The translations under genes were made by a program, and so were the position numbers. The notes beneath the pieces are model-generated. The model was not told the DNA's origin, searched no databases, and saw only the letters and a list, made by a program, of their open reading frames with translations. Positions 9,572 to 18,580 of a stretch of 64,000 nt of DNA are shown one piece after another. Positions within the stretch are counted from its first letter, which is position 1; each line of letters starts with the position of its first letter. The DNA lies in NCBI GenBank assembly GCA_007375535.1, contig VMEM01000001.1, positions 39,462-103,461 of the forward strand, in the 5' to 3' direction. The stretch is from Parcubacteria group bacterium LiPW_41. GTDB taxonomy: Bacteria > Patescibacteriota > Minisyncoccia > UBA6257 > GWB1-50-10.

Positions 9572-10075
9572 ATGTCGAAGAGAAAGTGGACTCAAAAACA
9601 ACTCGAAGAAGCAATTAATTCTTCAACAAGCAATCGACAGGTTTTAAAAAAGTTGGGATTAAAGGAGGCGGGAGGAAATTATAGCCAAATAAAAAAATAC
9701 TCAAAAGAATTTAAAATCGATACTAGCCATTTCAAAGGTCAAGCGTGGAACAAAGGAAAGAAGGGACTAGGGAAGCCAAGAATCCCTTTATCAGAAATTT
9801 TGGTAGAAAATAGTAATTTCCAAAGTTTTAAATTAAAAAAAAGGTTATTTGCAGAAAAATTAAAATCTGAGTATTGTGAACACTGTGGGTGGGCAAAAAA
9901 ATCAAAAGATGGTAGGATTCCTCTTGAGCTCGATCATATAAATGGAAGAAGAAACGACAACAGAATAGAGAACCTTCGTATTCTTTGTCCAAATTGCCAC
10001 TCATTACAACCAACACATAGAGGTAAAAACATAAAGACTGCCCAGATGGCGGAACGGTATACGCGCAACACTTAA
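9572..10075 (+). CDS. HNH endonuclease-family protein overlapping the tRNA-Leu 5' end
   Basis: CEHCG...LELDHINGRRNDNRIENLRILCPNCH. Confidence 0.9.
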   Translation: MSKRKWTQKQLEEAINSSTSNRQVLKKLGLKEAGGNYSQIKKYSKEFKIDTSHFKGQAWNKGKKGLGKPRIPLSEILVENSNFQSFKLKKRLFAEKLKSEYCEHCGWAKKSKDGRIPLELDHINGRRNDNRIENLRILCPNCHSLQPTHRGKNIKTAQMAERYTRNT

Positions 10076-10122
10076 AATGTTGTGACCCAACGGTCTTGTG
10101 GGTTCGAATCCCACTCTGGGCA
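10040..10122 (+). tRNA. tRNA-Leu(TAA)
   Basis: CAACA-CT-TAA-AA-TGTTG; long variable arm. Confidence 0.95.
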
Positions 10123-10294
10123 CAAATTCTACAACACCCTTCATGGGTGTTGTAGAATTTATTCATCAAGGGATTCGAAGGATATTCGAGCGCCCGAATG
10201 GGAAGAGTGAGTAAAATGAACGAAAGCGAGAAACCAAGGCTTCGGAGGAGGCACGAGAGTGCCGGAGGAGAAGAAATCCAACGTCGACCTACCA
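10123..10294 (+). repeat. tRNA-Leu trailer element (subfamily B)
   Basis: 16-bp perfect hairpin 10124-10160; anti-T-arm 10170-10179; core homologous to 6085-6191. Confidence 0.85.
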
Positions 10295-10317
10295 GTGAAT
10301 AAACCAAACACAAAACA

Positions 10318-10345
10318 ATACCGCCAGTCCTTGGACTGGCGGTAT
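10318..10345. terminator. Palindromic REP-like/terminator hairpin (family with 50286 and 58632)
   Basis: ATACCGCCAGTCC-TT-GGACTGGCGGTAT. Confidence 0.7.
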
Positions 10346-10347
10346 TT

Positions 10348-11001
10348 TTATTTTGCTTCTTTTTTTTCTTTCTTAAACAACTGATATGAATAAACAAAAA
10401 GTCCTATAATTCCGAAAATGAGTGGAATAAGAAACACAAGAAATGAGACAGTGGGAAATACAACACCAAGACATGCAACAACCCCTATAATTTTAAATAC
10501 TTTCCCTCCGAGTTTATGCGTTTTATCCCAAACCATTTCACTTGAAAGTGTCCATGGATTTCGAATACCCATAGTCCAATTCTGTTTTACCCGTTCAATA
10601 AGGAATCCCAATCCAATAAACAAGAAGCCAAAGAGAAACGGAAACACACGAGCGGGATCAATCCACGCTACAAGATTTGTTCCGATGATAAATAGTTGAA
10701 GGAGAAAAAAGAATGAACAGAGAAGAACAAGAAACGCATCATATATTCCCCTCATCTTTTCAATCACCTCTTTTTTTGGATCAAAATGGGGTACTGCAAC
10801 AAGAATTATGAGTAATACAAGTAAGATAATTGGAACAAATAAAATACCCCACAACTTCGACATGTATCCATTTACTTCCCCCATCGCCCCCCAGTGCGAC
10901 GCAATCTCGTCGGGAAGTACTGGGTAAAAATAAACCCCAACAAGTAGCGAGAGAACAATAATACCTAATGAAATTGCTACACCTTTAGTAAAAATCTTCA
11001 T
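10348..11001 (-). CDS. SdpI/DUF1648 family membrane protein
   Basis: LPDEIASHW...GIRNPWTLSSEMVWDKTH. Confidence 0.88.
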   Translation of the reverse strand: MKIFTKGVAISLGIIVLSLLVGVYFYPVLPDEIASHWGAMGEVNGYMSKLWGILFVPIILLVLLIILVAVPHFDPKKEVIEKMRGIYDAFLVLLCSFFFLLQLFIIGTNLVAWIDPARVFPFLFGFLFIGLGFLIERVKQNWTMGIRNPWTLSSEMVWDKTHKLGGKVFKIIGVVACLGVVFPTVSFLVFLIPLIFGIIGLFVYSYQLFKKEKKEAK

Positions 11002-11063
11002 AATTTCTATTATAGTACCACCTACTACACAAAAATTAAATTGTCTGATATTCTAATCCAGTT

Positions 11064-11151
11064 GGAAGGTTGGCAGAGTGGTCGAATGCGCCGCACTTGA
11101 AATGCGGTATGCCGAAAGGCATCGGAGGTTCGAATCCTCCACCTTCCGCCA
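11064..11151 (+). tRNA. tRNA-Ser(TGA), CCA encoded
   Basis: CCGCA-CT-TGA-AA-TGCGG. Confidence 0.95.
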
Positions 11152-11340
11152 ACATAAAAAGTACACCACTTGGTGTACTTTTTATGTTTTTGATGTGTGG
11201 ATTCGAACCGCAGGCTCCCTATTTTCTTAGTGAGCGAAGCGAGCTTAGAAAATAGCAGTGTCGCACATTGTGCGACCCGCAGTCATTATTTGAGAACGTA
11301 GGTCTCGAGTTCAGCAGAACGAGAGGAGAATCACTAACTT
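11152..11340 (+). repeat. tRNA-Ser(TGA) trailer element (divergent core)
   Basis: Hairpin 11151-11188; GGATTCGAACC at 11199-11209 is the exact reverse complement of T-arm 11127-11137; several further hairpins. Confidence 0.75.
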
Positions 11341-11372
11341 GTAAGCTCATTCATGCGATATATAATTGCTAG

Positions 11373-11921
11373 GTGCAATACATAACATTTTTCTTTCTCA
11401 TTATCACACTCCTAGTTATTACTGGAGTCATTTATTCACTTTGGCGACTCTTGTTTAAAAAGAATCATGCTCCATTCATCCCAATCCCACATGACGCAAT
11501 TCCGTCACTTGTGGAACATGCTGACATAAATAAAGGAGATGTTGTGTATGATCTTGGGTGTGGAGATGCACGAATACTAAAAATATTAGCGAAAAAATAT
11601 TCTGATGCTCAATTCATAGGAATTGAAAAGGCATTATTCCCCTATATAATTGCAAAAATTTCTTCACTTCGATTTCCAAATATAACAATACGACGAAAAA
11701 ATTTCTTTAAGATACCAATTGCAAATGCAACAGTAGTGATAACCTATTTATTTCCAAGCGTTATGGATCTTTTGCTTCCAAAATTTGAAAAAGAACTTCA
11801 CAACACAAAACTCCTCTCATTTGATTTTCCCTTCTCAAAAAAAGAATATGAAACAATGTATGTAATAAAGGAGCGACAAGGGAAACTTGGATCAAAGATA
11901 TTTATATACCGATTTGAATAA
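11373..11921 (+). CDS. Class I SAM-dependent methyltransferase with N-terminal TM helix
   Basis: VYDLGCGDARI; YLFP. Confidence 0.85.
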   Translation: MQYITFFFLIITLLVITGVIYSLWRLLFKKNHAPFIPIPHDAIPSLVEHADINKGDVVYDLGCGDARILKILAKKYSDAQFIGIEKALFPYIIAKISSLRFPNITIRRKNFFKIPIANATVVITYLFPSVMDLLLPKFEKELHNTKLLSFDFPFSKKEYETMYVIKERQGKLGSKIFIYRFE

Positions 11922-11955
11922 AAAATTGTTTTAGCGTATCATTTCACCATATAAT

Positions 11956-12033
11956 ATGAATAAGAAAAATAAACTTGCAAAAAAGAAACATTCGAAGAAA
12001 GCAGGAAAAAAGATAAATTTGCGCGCTCGATAA
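11956..12033 (+). CDS. Putative 25-aa basic peptide
   Basis: MNKKNKLAKKKHSKKAGKKINLRAR*, followed by a terminator hairpin. Confidence 0.3.
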   Translation: MNKKNKLAKKKHSKKAGKKINLRAR

Positions 12034-12070
12034 AACTTTATAAAAAACACCCCACAATTGTGGGATGTTT

Positions 12071-12676
12071 TTATTTATACAACTCACAGATCGCATCAAT
12101 CTGTTTATGCAAATATTCTCCGCGCCACTTATCCTTTTTAGGTAATCGTTTTGTGAGCAATGAAACAAGTGGTAATAAATGATTGCGCGTCTCCTCAATC
12201 TGAGTTTTTTGTTTTTCTCTTGTGCAGTTTTTCAATGTTCGAAGATTATGTAATCGATCACACAACTTCACTAAAATTGTTTTGTTGTCTCCATATATTG
12301 AAAGTCGCTTGAAATAACCTTCTTTTGGTTTCTTTGTAAGAAGTTTCAATCCAATAACTACTTCCTTTCCAAAATTTAACTCAATTCGATACGGAGAAAG
12401 GATGTGTGAATCCTCTAGCACGTCGTGTAACAATGCCATAATAATTGTCTGCGCATCATTCACCTTCAATTCTTCTATTAAAATATGAGCAACTGATTTT
12501 GGATGTTCAAAATATCGGGTCCCGTCGTCTCTCTCTTGGCCACGATGTCCATATTTTGAAAGAATATACGCAGTCTCAATTGCCTCAAGTTCTTTTGGAG
12601 ACATTATTGGCTCCAACTTTGCCATAAACTCCACACGACCAAGATCAATGTATCCATCAGTGTTTGGCTGCTTCAT
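12071..12676 (-). CDS. HD-domain (p)ppGpp hydrolase-like protein (small alarmone hydrolase)
   Basis: HRGQERDDGTRYFEHP, ALLHDVLED, VKLCDRLHNLRTL. Confidence 0.85.
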   Translation of the reverse strand: MKQPNTDGYIDLGRVEFMAKLEPIMSPKELEAIETAYILSKYGHRGQERDDGTRYFEHPKSVAHILIEELKVNDAQTIIMALLHDVLEDSHILSPYRIELNFGKEVVIGLKLLTKKPKEGYFKRLSIYGDNKTILVKLCDRLHNLRTLKNCTREKQKTQIEETRNHLLPLVSLLTKRLPKKDKWRGEYLHKQIDAICELYK

Positions 12677-12700
12677 TGTTATTAGTATAATTGAGAACTA

Positions 12701-13852
12701 TTAATCAATCACCTCCCTTCTTAGCCGTTCAGGAATTCTAACGAGAATCTCATAAGGGATCGTTCCACACAAACCCGCTATAGAAGTGACAGAGTTTTTA
12801 TTTGATAACTCCTTACTTATCACACAGACCTCGTCTTCCTCTTTTATATTGAAAACTGAAGACACATCAACACTCACCATATTCATACTCACCCTCCCAA
12901 TAATTGAGCAAACGATATTTTGAATATAAATTGTACCAGAGTTAGAAAGTCGACGATCAATACCCTCAAAATATCCAACAGGAATTATTGCGATTTTCAT
13001 TTCTTGATTGGCGGAAAATGTTGCATTATATCCGACAAAATCACCTCGTTTTATTGTTTTAATTCCTACAACCACCGAAAACATCTCAAGCGCAGGAATG
13101 AGGTTTAATTTCCTTTCAGGAACCGGATCAAACCCATATAAACCAATCCCAAGACGAACAACATTTGCATCAAATTGCTTTATATATTGAGTTCCCGCTG
13201 TCGCGCTGATATGGAAATAGCGAATAGCATTAAACTTCGAACGAAATATTGGAACAACGGTGTTCCAAATAGTCTTTTGTCTCTCTACATGTAAGGAATT
13301 TTCAACATCAGCATCAGCAAGATGAGAACAGACTCCATCGATATTGATGTTTTTATTTGATTGAATAAGAGAAATGACATAATCAATATCTTCATATCGA
13401 ATTCCTTGCCGATTCATGCCGGTATCACACTTAATATGAAATATTTGTGGTTGTTTTAATGTTTCAGCAATTTCTCGTACTTGATGTGGAGTAGAAAGTG
13501 TAAAAATAATATTTTTATCGGTATTTTTTATAATATTTGATAAAAATGAATATCCTATCACTAGTATTGGTGTTTTAATATTTTCATTGCGAAGCATAAG
13601 TGCCTCATAGTATGAATCAACGACAAAAAATGGGACGCTTTTTTCGTCAAGAATTTTTGCAACAGGAATTAATCCATGTCCATACGCATTACTTTTTAAC
13701 ACTGGAGCAATCTTTATATCAGATTGTATATTTGAAAACACCTCATAATTATGAAGTAACGCTGATCGAGAAATCTTAATACGCACCAACGGCTCATAAT
13801 CAGTTAATGATTTTCTAAATTTACGAATAAAGTTTCGAAGAAAAACGAGCAT
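12701..13852 (-). CDS. alr: Alanine racemase
   Basis: VLKSNAYGHG, HIKCDTGMNRQG, GRVSMN, TIPYEIL. Confidence 0.95.
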   Translation of the reverse strand: MLVFLRNFIRKFRKSLTDYEPLVRIKISRSALLHNYEVFSNIQSDIKIAPVLKSNAYGHGLIPVAKILDEKSVPFFVVDSYYEALMLRNENIKTPILVIGYSFLSNIIKNTDKNIIFTLSTPHQVREIAETLKQPQIFHIKCDTGMNRQGIRYEDIDYVISLIQSNKNINIDGVCSHLADADVENSLHVERQKTIWNTVVPIFRSKFNAIRYFHISATAGTQYIKQFDANVVRLGIGLYGFDPVPERKLNLIPALEMFSVVVGIKTIKRGDFVGYNATFSANQEMKIAIIPVGYFEGIDRRLSNSGTIYIQNIVCSIIGRVSMNMVSVDVSSVFNIKEEDEVCVISKELSNKNSVTSIAGLCGTIPYEILVRIPERLRREVID

Positions 13853-13856
13853 ATTA

Positions 13857-14660
13857 TTATATATTATTTTCGCTCTCAAACTCATGATATTCTAAATCAA
13901 ACTGGAAATTATTTTTAAAGTATTCTTTTGTCTCCTCAATGGTTGTAAATCCCAACTCATTTTTTCCACTAAACAAATCAAAATAGGCATCTCTATATTT
14001 TTGCAACTTAAACGGGATTTTTTTTGGATCTACATCCCCGCACCGATTCATCTCAATCCATCCATTTTTCGAATATATTCTTTCTCTATTTTTTCCACTA
14101 ACACTCTCATTTATTTGGTTTTCACTTAAAAATATCTGAAGATCTCCCTCACTCGGCAAAACTCCTTTATTAAAAAGAATAGGAAGATTTTCTTGCTTTT
14201 CTTTATCAAGCTCAAACGCATCAAGAAAATCTGGATGCGAGTGCGCATAAAAAAATCCATTATTCTTTTTACCAACACCATGAGTACGCGCCCCAACAGA
14301 AAAAAAGAAAACAGAGTCGCCAACTTTTTCAACTGCTAATTCATATTGATTTTTTTTCCTAACAAACTCTTCAAAAATAGTATTCACCAATAAATTTTCT
14401 TTTGTCTCGACAAAAAAACCAACTTGGTCTTTTGTATAATTTGGAACATTTGGTAGTAAGGCCCAAATATCTTCTACATTTTTCTCCCTAAGTGGGCCTT
14501 CAATACTTGAAACGGGAAGTTTTTGTTTCCACAAATCAAACTCATTTTTTTCTTCTTCTGAATATTTTCCTAATCCAGATTTTTCCATGAGTTTCTTTAC
14601 TTGAACTTCTTTTTCAATATTAGGAGGAAACATTGGAAACTGATCAAACTTTTGTTTCAT
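13857..14660 (-). CDS. Hypothetical protein with a JAB/MPN-like HSHP...PSEGD motif
   Basis: Long ORF; motif only. Confidence 0.5.
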   Translation of the reverse strand: MKQKFDQFPMFPPNIEKEVQVKKLMEKSGLGKYSEEEKNEFDLWKQKLPVSSIEGPLREKNVEDIWALLPNVPNYTKDQVGFFVETKENLLVNTIFEEFVRKKNQYELAVEKVGDSVFFFSVGARTHGVGKKNNGFFYAHSHPDFLDAFELDKEKQENLPILFNKGVLPSEGDLQIFLSENQINESVSGKNRERIYSKNGWIEMNRCGDVDPKKIPFKLQKYRDAYFDLFSGKNELGFTTIEETKEYFKNNFQFDLEYHEFESENNI

Positions 14661-14782
14661 TATTCAATAATAGAAGAACCTGTGAATTTAGCCAACGAAA
14701 TAGGTTGTGGTGTTCTATCAGGTGTAAAACCCTAAAAAAGTAAAATGACCTACTGGGATTGCACAGATGCTCATTGTTTTTG

Positions 14783-14853
14783 TGGACCTACGGGGAGTCG
14801 AACCCCGACTTAGCGCATGCCATGCGCTTATTCTACCATTGAATTATAGGCCC
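14783..14853 (-). tRNA. tRNA-Ala(GGC)
   Basis: AGCGC-AT-GGC-AT-GCGCT; G3:U70 pair. Confidence 0.93.
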
Positions 14854-15530
14854 ATATTTTTTCTTAATATTTCAAAGATAACTAAAAATTCATTAAAAAT
14901 ATTAGCAGAAAAATAATCTATTCGACACACGCCTTTATAATTCATTTTTCGTGATTTTTTATTAATAGAACGAGGATCAACTCGCGCTTTATAAAAACAA
15001 GATAAAGGAATATTAGTCAGCTTCGACCAAAAAATTTCCAACTTTTCGATGTTTTGATCATCCCTACACTGTAGGGTACACCTAAACTTACTCTCGTCAA
15101 CCTCATAACAACTCCTTAAAAGATTTAGAAATAATTTAATAATTAATGGATCAGAGTTGCCAATGGTAATACTCCCCTTTTTTGTTTTAGATCCCTCAGC
15201 TAAATAAAGCATAGCAAGAGTAATTTTTTTTGTTTTTTTGTCGTTTAATTCACCAATAACCCACTTATTTTCATTTAATAAATTTTCTAGGTATTTTTTT
15301 CTTTTCTCTTTTTTTACTTCCAGTGCTTTCTGTCTCGCCACCTTCAAATCTTTTACTCGTTTTGTTTCTAATTTTTGTTTTTGAAGATTTGAAAGTTCTA
15401 TACCTTTTAACCAAAATGAAATCGTACTTTTTGGAATGTTGGAACCAAGTGCTCTATTAATTTGCAGAAATGAATAACCCTTTTTTCTCAGGGCTATCAC
15501 ACGTTCTCTCATATTTTTTTGGGTGCTCAC
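14844..15530 (-). CDS. HTH + LAGLIDADG-like domain protein overlapping the tRNA-Ala 5' end
   Basis: N-terminal LRKKGYS..I...PKSTISFWL HTH; LAMLYLAEGSK helix followed by a beta-rich region. Confidence 0.65.
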   Translation of the reverse strand: MSTQKNMRERVIALRKKGYSFLQINRALGSNIPKSTISFWLKGIELSNLQKQKLETKRVKDLKVARQKALEVKKEKRKKYLENLLNENKWVIGELNDKKTKKITLAMLYLAEGSKTKKGSITIGNSDPLIIKLFLNLLRSCYEVDESKFRCTLQCRDDQNIEKLEIFWSKLTNIPLSCFYKARVDPRSINKKSRKMNYKGVCRIDYFSANIFNEFLVIFEILRKNMGL

Positions 15531-15571
15531 TATTCAATTGTACCACAGAAGTCATCCATGTCCAAAAATTT

Positions 15572-15755
15572 TGTGGGCGATAAGGAATCGAACGTCGTCT
15601 CATCAGAATGAGACTCCCACGAACCCAGCGGTTCGTGCGCTCCGCCACTGGGAAACTCCCGTTTCCCCGACCCCTTTCCCAGTTCGAGTCCTGTATATCA
15701 CAAGATATAAAAACAACGCATTTGCTTTAGAAATAGTGCATTGTTTTTATCTATG
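15572..15755 (-). repeat. tRNA-Val(GAC) trailer element (subfamily A)
   Basis: 15-nt anti-T-arm 15682-15696; degenerate tRNA 3' copy 15573-15593. Confidence 0.9.
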
Positions 15756-15829
15756 TGGGCGATACAGGACTCGAACCTGTGACCTTTACAATGTCAATGT
15801 AACGCTCTAACCAGCTGAGCTAATCGCCC
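15756..15829 (-). tRNA. tRNA-Val(GAC)
   Basis: TTACA-TT-GAC-AT-TGTAA. Confidence 0.95.
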
Positions 15830-15834
15830 TTATA

Positions 15835-16125
15835 TTATTTTTCCTTCTTTTCTTTTTTCAATTCTTTCACCGCTTCAGTAAGTGAAACATCAGGATGTTT
15901 TGCAACCGCCTCAAGCATATCTGCAAGCTTCACATATCCGTCATTGAGTGGAAGCTCTTTAGCCTTCATAAACCAATGCTTCTTTTTTCCTCCATCGGCT
16001 TTTTCCAGCTCCAACGCAATCATATCTGGCGTCTCATCATTCTTTAATTTCCTCCCGAGATCTGCCTCTGTTTTTTCAAAGCGTTTATATACTTCTTTTT
16101 TATCCTCCTTCTTCAATTTGTCCAT
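15835..16125 (-). CDS. Hypothetical protein
   Basis: Charged ORF with coding-like composition; start uncertain. Confidence 0.55.
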   Translation of the reverse strand: MDKLKKEDKKEVYKRFEKTEADLGRKLKNDETPDMIALELEKADGGKKKHWFMKAKELPLNDGYVKLADMLEAVAKHPDVSLTEAVKELKKEKKEK

Positions 16126-16224
16126 GCCAAAGCTGAAGTGATCAAACATAATCACATAATACCTGAGACATAAAAAAATACAAATCTTTACTCTAATCTA
16201 AGATTAATCTATAAATAGACAGAA

Positions 16225-16296
16225 GCCCTTGTAGTTCAACGGATAGAACAGTGCCGTCCTAAGGCGAAGATGGGAGTTCGATTCTCTCCAAGGGCA
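16225..16296 (+). tRNA. tRNA-Arg(CCT)
   Basis: Cloverleaf; anticodon loop GT-CCT-AA. Confidence 0.9.
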
Positions 16297-16300
16297 CATA

Positions 16301-16387
16301 GGAGGGGTGGCTGAGTGGTCGAAGGCACACGACTCGAAATCGTGCAGGGGTGAAAGCCCCTCGAGAGTTCAAATCTCTCCCCCTCCG
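16301..16387 (+). tRNA. tRNA-Ser(CGA)
   Basis: CACGA-CT-CGA-AA-TCGTG; long variable arm. Confidence 0.95.
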
Positions 16388-16584
16388 CTAATATCAAAAC
16401 AATACACTTCATGTGTATTGTTTTATATTCGGAGAGATTTAAACGGGAAAGGGGTCGGGAAAACGGAAGTTTTCCCGTGGTGGAAGTACTGAAACCGCAA
16501 GGTGTCAGAAAATTTCGTCTGCGAAATTTTGTTCAATTCCCTCCCCCTCCACAAACAAAAAACACCATACAAAGTGGTGTTTTT
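16388..16584 (+). repeat. tRNA-Ser(CGA) trailer element (subfamily A)
   Basis: Anti-T-arm 16431-16444 (13/14); tRNA 3' copy 16531-16550 (18/20); second hairpin 16558-16584. Confidence 0.9.
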
Positions 16585-17257
16585 AATTTTTTTCATTTTT
16601 CACAATATTTCCATCAAACAGTGTTATTACTCGATCAGTATACTGCACATATTCTGGTTCGTGGGTAACCATAATTATTGTTTGCCCATCTGCGTGCAAT
16701 TCTTTAAATGTTTTCAAAATAGAAATAGACGTGTCATTATCAAGATTTGCTGTTGGTTCGTCAGCAAATAATATTTTCGGATTGTGTCCCATTGCACGAG
16801 CAATAGAAACACGTTGTTGTTCTCCTCCGGAAAGCTGATTGGGAAGATTATTAAACTTTTCTTTTAGTTCAACGCGCTCTAACACTCTTGCTGATATTTT
16901 TCTTGCGTCAATTTTATTTATTCCTTGTTCCAAAAGTGGAATCATTACATTTTCAATCGCATTCAATTCTGGAATAAGTGCATAATCTTGAAACACATAT
17001 CCAAGTTGAAATAGTCGTAATATGGTCCGCTCCCTATCAGTTAATATGTCTGTGTTCTTCCCTCCAATCTCAATGGTTCCTGACGTTGGTCGATCAAGAA
17101 GACTCAACTGATACATAAGAGTACTTTTTCCAGAACCCGAACGCCCAATGATTGAAATAAATTCTCCGTCGTCAACATCAAAATCAACTCCTTTTAAAAC
17201 GGTGAGCTCTGAGTTTCCACTTTTGAATTTTTTTATGATTTTTCTTGCTTGTATCAT
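16583..17257 (-). CDS. ABC transporter ATP-binding protein (LolD/MacB-like)
   Basis: GRSGSGKST, LSGGEQQR, ADEPTANLD. Confidence 0.93.
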   Translation of the reverse strand: MIQARKIIKKFKSGNSELTVLKGVDFDVDDGEFISIIGRSGSGKSTLMYQLSLLDRPTSGTIEIGGKNTDILTDRERTILRLFQLGYVFQDYALIPELNAIENVMIPLLEQGINKIDARKISARVLERVELKEKFNNLPNQLSGGEQQRVSIARAMGHNPKILFADEPTANLDNDTSISILKTFKELHADGQTIIMVTHEPEYVQYTDRVITLFDGNIVKNEKN

Positions 17258-17259
17258 AG

Positions 17260-18540
17260 TTATCGATTTAATATCGCATCAAGTGTGTTTTGTCTGGTTA
17301 TAATTTTTACTGGAATATATCCCGCAACAAGTGTTGCTAAAAACAACACTGCGATTCTTATAATTGTCCCACTCGCAGTAGCTACCAATATCCCATCACT
17401 AAACGGGAAGTTTATTGGGTTCGCATCAAAATACGGTTTTAAAAACCCAAACACTAATACCAATCCTATGAGAGTTCCTGCAATCGCATAAAAAAATGCT
17501 TGAAAGATATACGCCCATTCGATAGTAGCTGGACGAATTCCTATTCCTTTCAATATCCCAATAAACTTCCTTCTTGTAACCGCATTAATAAAAATGACGA
17601 TAAAAATTGTTATTGCAGCAACAACCAACCCAATAGAGCTAATCGCAGTGCCAAGCATAGAAAATGTATTTCTTAAGTCTTGAATAAATTTTGGTTCTGC
17701 TTCGTTTCCTGCTTTTATTACTGCATATTCATCAAAATTATTTGCAAGAAGTGCTTGCTTTATAACAGACGGAGAAAATCCCTGTTTCGCCTTTATAGAA
17801 ATCTCACCCAAGTTATAATCATCTCTGCCTGCAAGTCCACGAAATTGTGAATCGACAAAAAATATACGTCGATCAATTTCATCCACTTTACTCTTCGTAA
17901 TCCCCTTAACCCAAACTTCGCGCACATTTCCATTTATTGTTATACGAATTTTGTCTCCAATATTCACATCAGCAAGCGCAGGAAATGTTGTAGAATCAAA
18001 ATCTAAATATTTTTTTAGAAGCATTCCACCAACAATTACCTGATCATAATCACTTCGATTTAAGTATTCGCCTTCAATAATTAGTTTCGACAATTCAGTA
18101 ACCTTATCCTCATCAACTGGATCTATTCCAGCAAACAGAGTACTTACCTCATTTCCCTTGTCGTTTGCATTCTTTTTTGCCTTTTTATAATCAGCTTCAA
18201 CGGTTCCCGAACCTAAATATCGCCCAGAAACTGCTTCAACACCAGGAATATTTCGAATGGTGTTCATTATAATTGCGCTTCGTTCAATGTTATTTTTTTC
18301 TTTAAGTGGGGTTATAAAAACATCACCAATATAATGCTTATACACTGCTTGTGTTGCGCCCTCAATAAGCCCAACAAGAATACCACTCACCACCACAAGA
18401 TTGAGAAAAGTAAGCACCATAACACACACCACAAGAACATTCGTCCAAATACTTGCACGTTTTATCTGTCGTACCGCTAGAAAAAATCCAACTCGAGCAG
18501 CAGAACCAAGACTCTCTTTGTGTCGTTTTTTCCGAAACAT
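17260..18540 (-). CDS. ABC transporter permease (FtsX/MacB-like)
   Basis: TM + large extracellular domain + IGILKGIG + three TM helices. Confidence 0.88.
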   Translation of the reverse strand: MFRKKRHKESLGSAARVGFFLAVRQIKRASIWTNVLVVCVMVLTFLNLVVVSGILVGLIEGATQAVYKHYIGDVFITPLKEKNNIERSAIIMNTIRNIPGVEAVSGRYLGSGTVEADYKKAKKNANDKGNEVSTLFAGIDPVDEDKVTELSKLIIEGEYLNRSDYDQVIVGGMLLKKYLDFDSTTFPALADVNIGDKIRITINGNVREVWVKGITKSKVDEIDRRIFFVDSQFRGLAGRDDYNLGEISIKAKQGFSPSVIKQALLANNFDEYAVIKAGNEAEPKFIQDLRNTFSMLGTAISSIGLVVAAITIFIVIFINAVTRRKFIGILKGIGIRPATIEWAYIFQAFFYAIAGTLIGLVLVFGFLKPYFDANPINFPFSDGILVATASGTIIRIAVLFLATLVAGYIPVKIITRQNTLDAILNR

Positions 18541-18580
18541 ATCTTGTTCCAGTATATCTGAGAGAACGAATTTTGAAAAA

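Noticed and set aside
15599-15606. CTGATGAG (- strand), resembling a hammerhead ribozyme core
   Set aside because: No stem II-GAAA follows; it is part of hairpin 3 and is not conserved in the homologous Ser-CGA and Val-TAC cores.
16431-16537. Resemblance of the element ends (..AAC / GTT..) to integron attC R boxes
   Set aside because: GTTCRAT does not fit GTTRRRY, and there is no integron integrase or cassette array; an analogy only.
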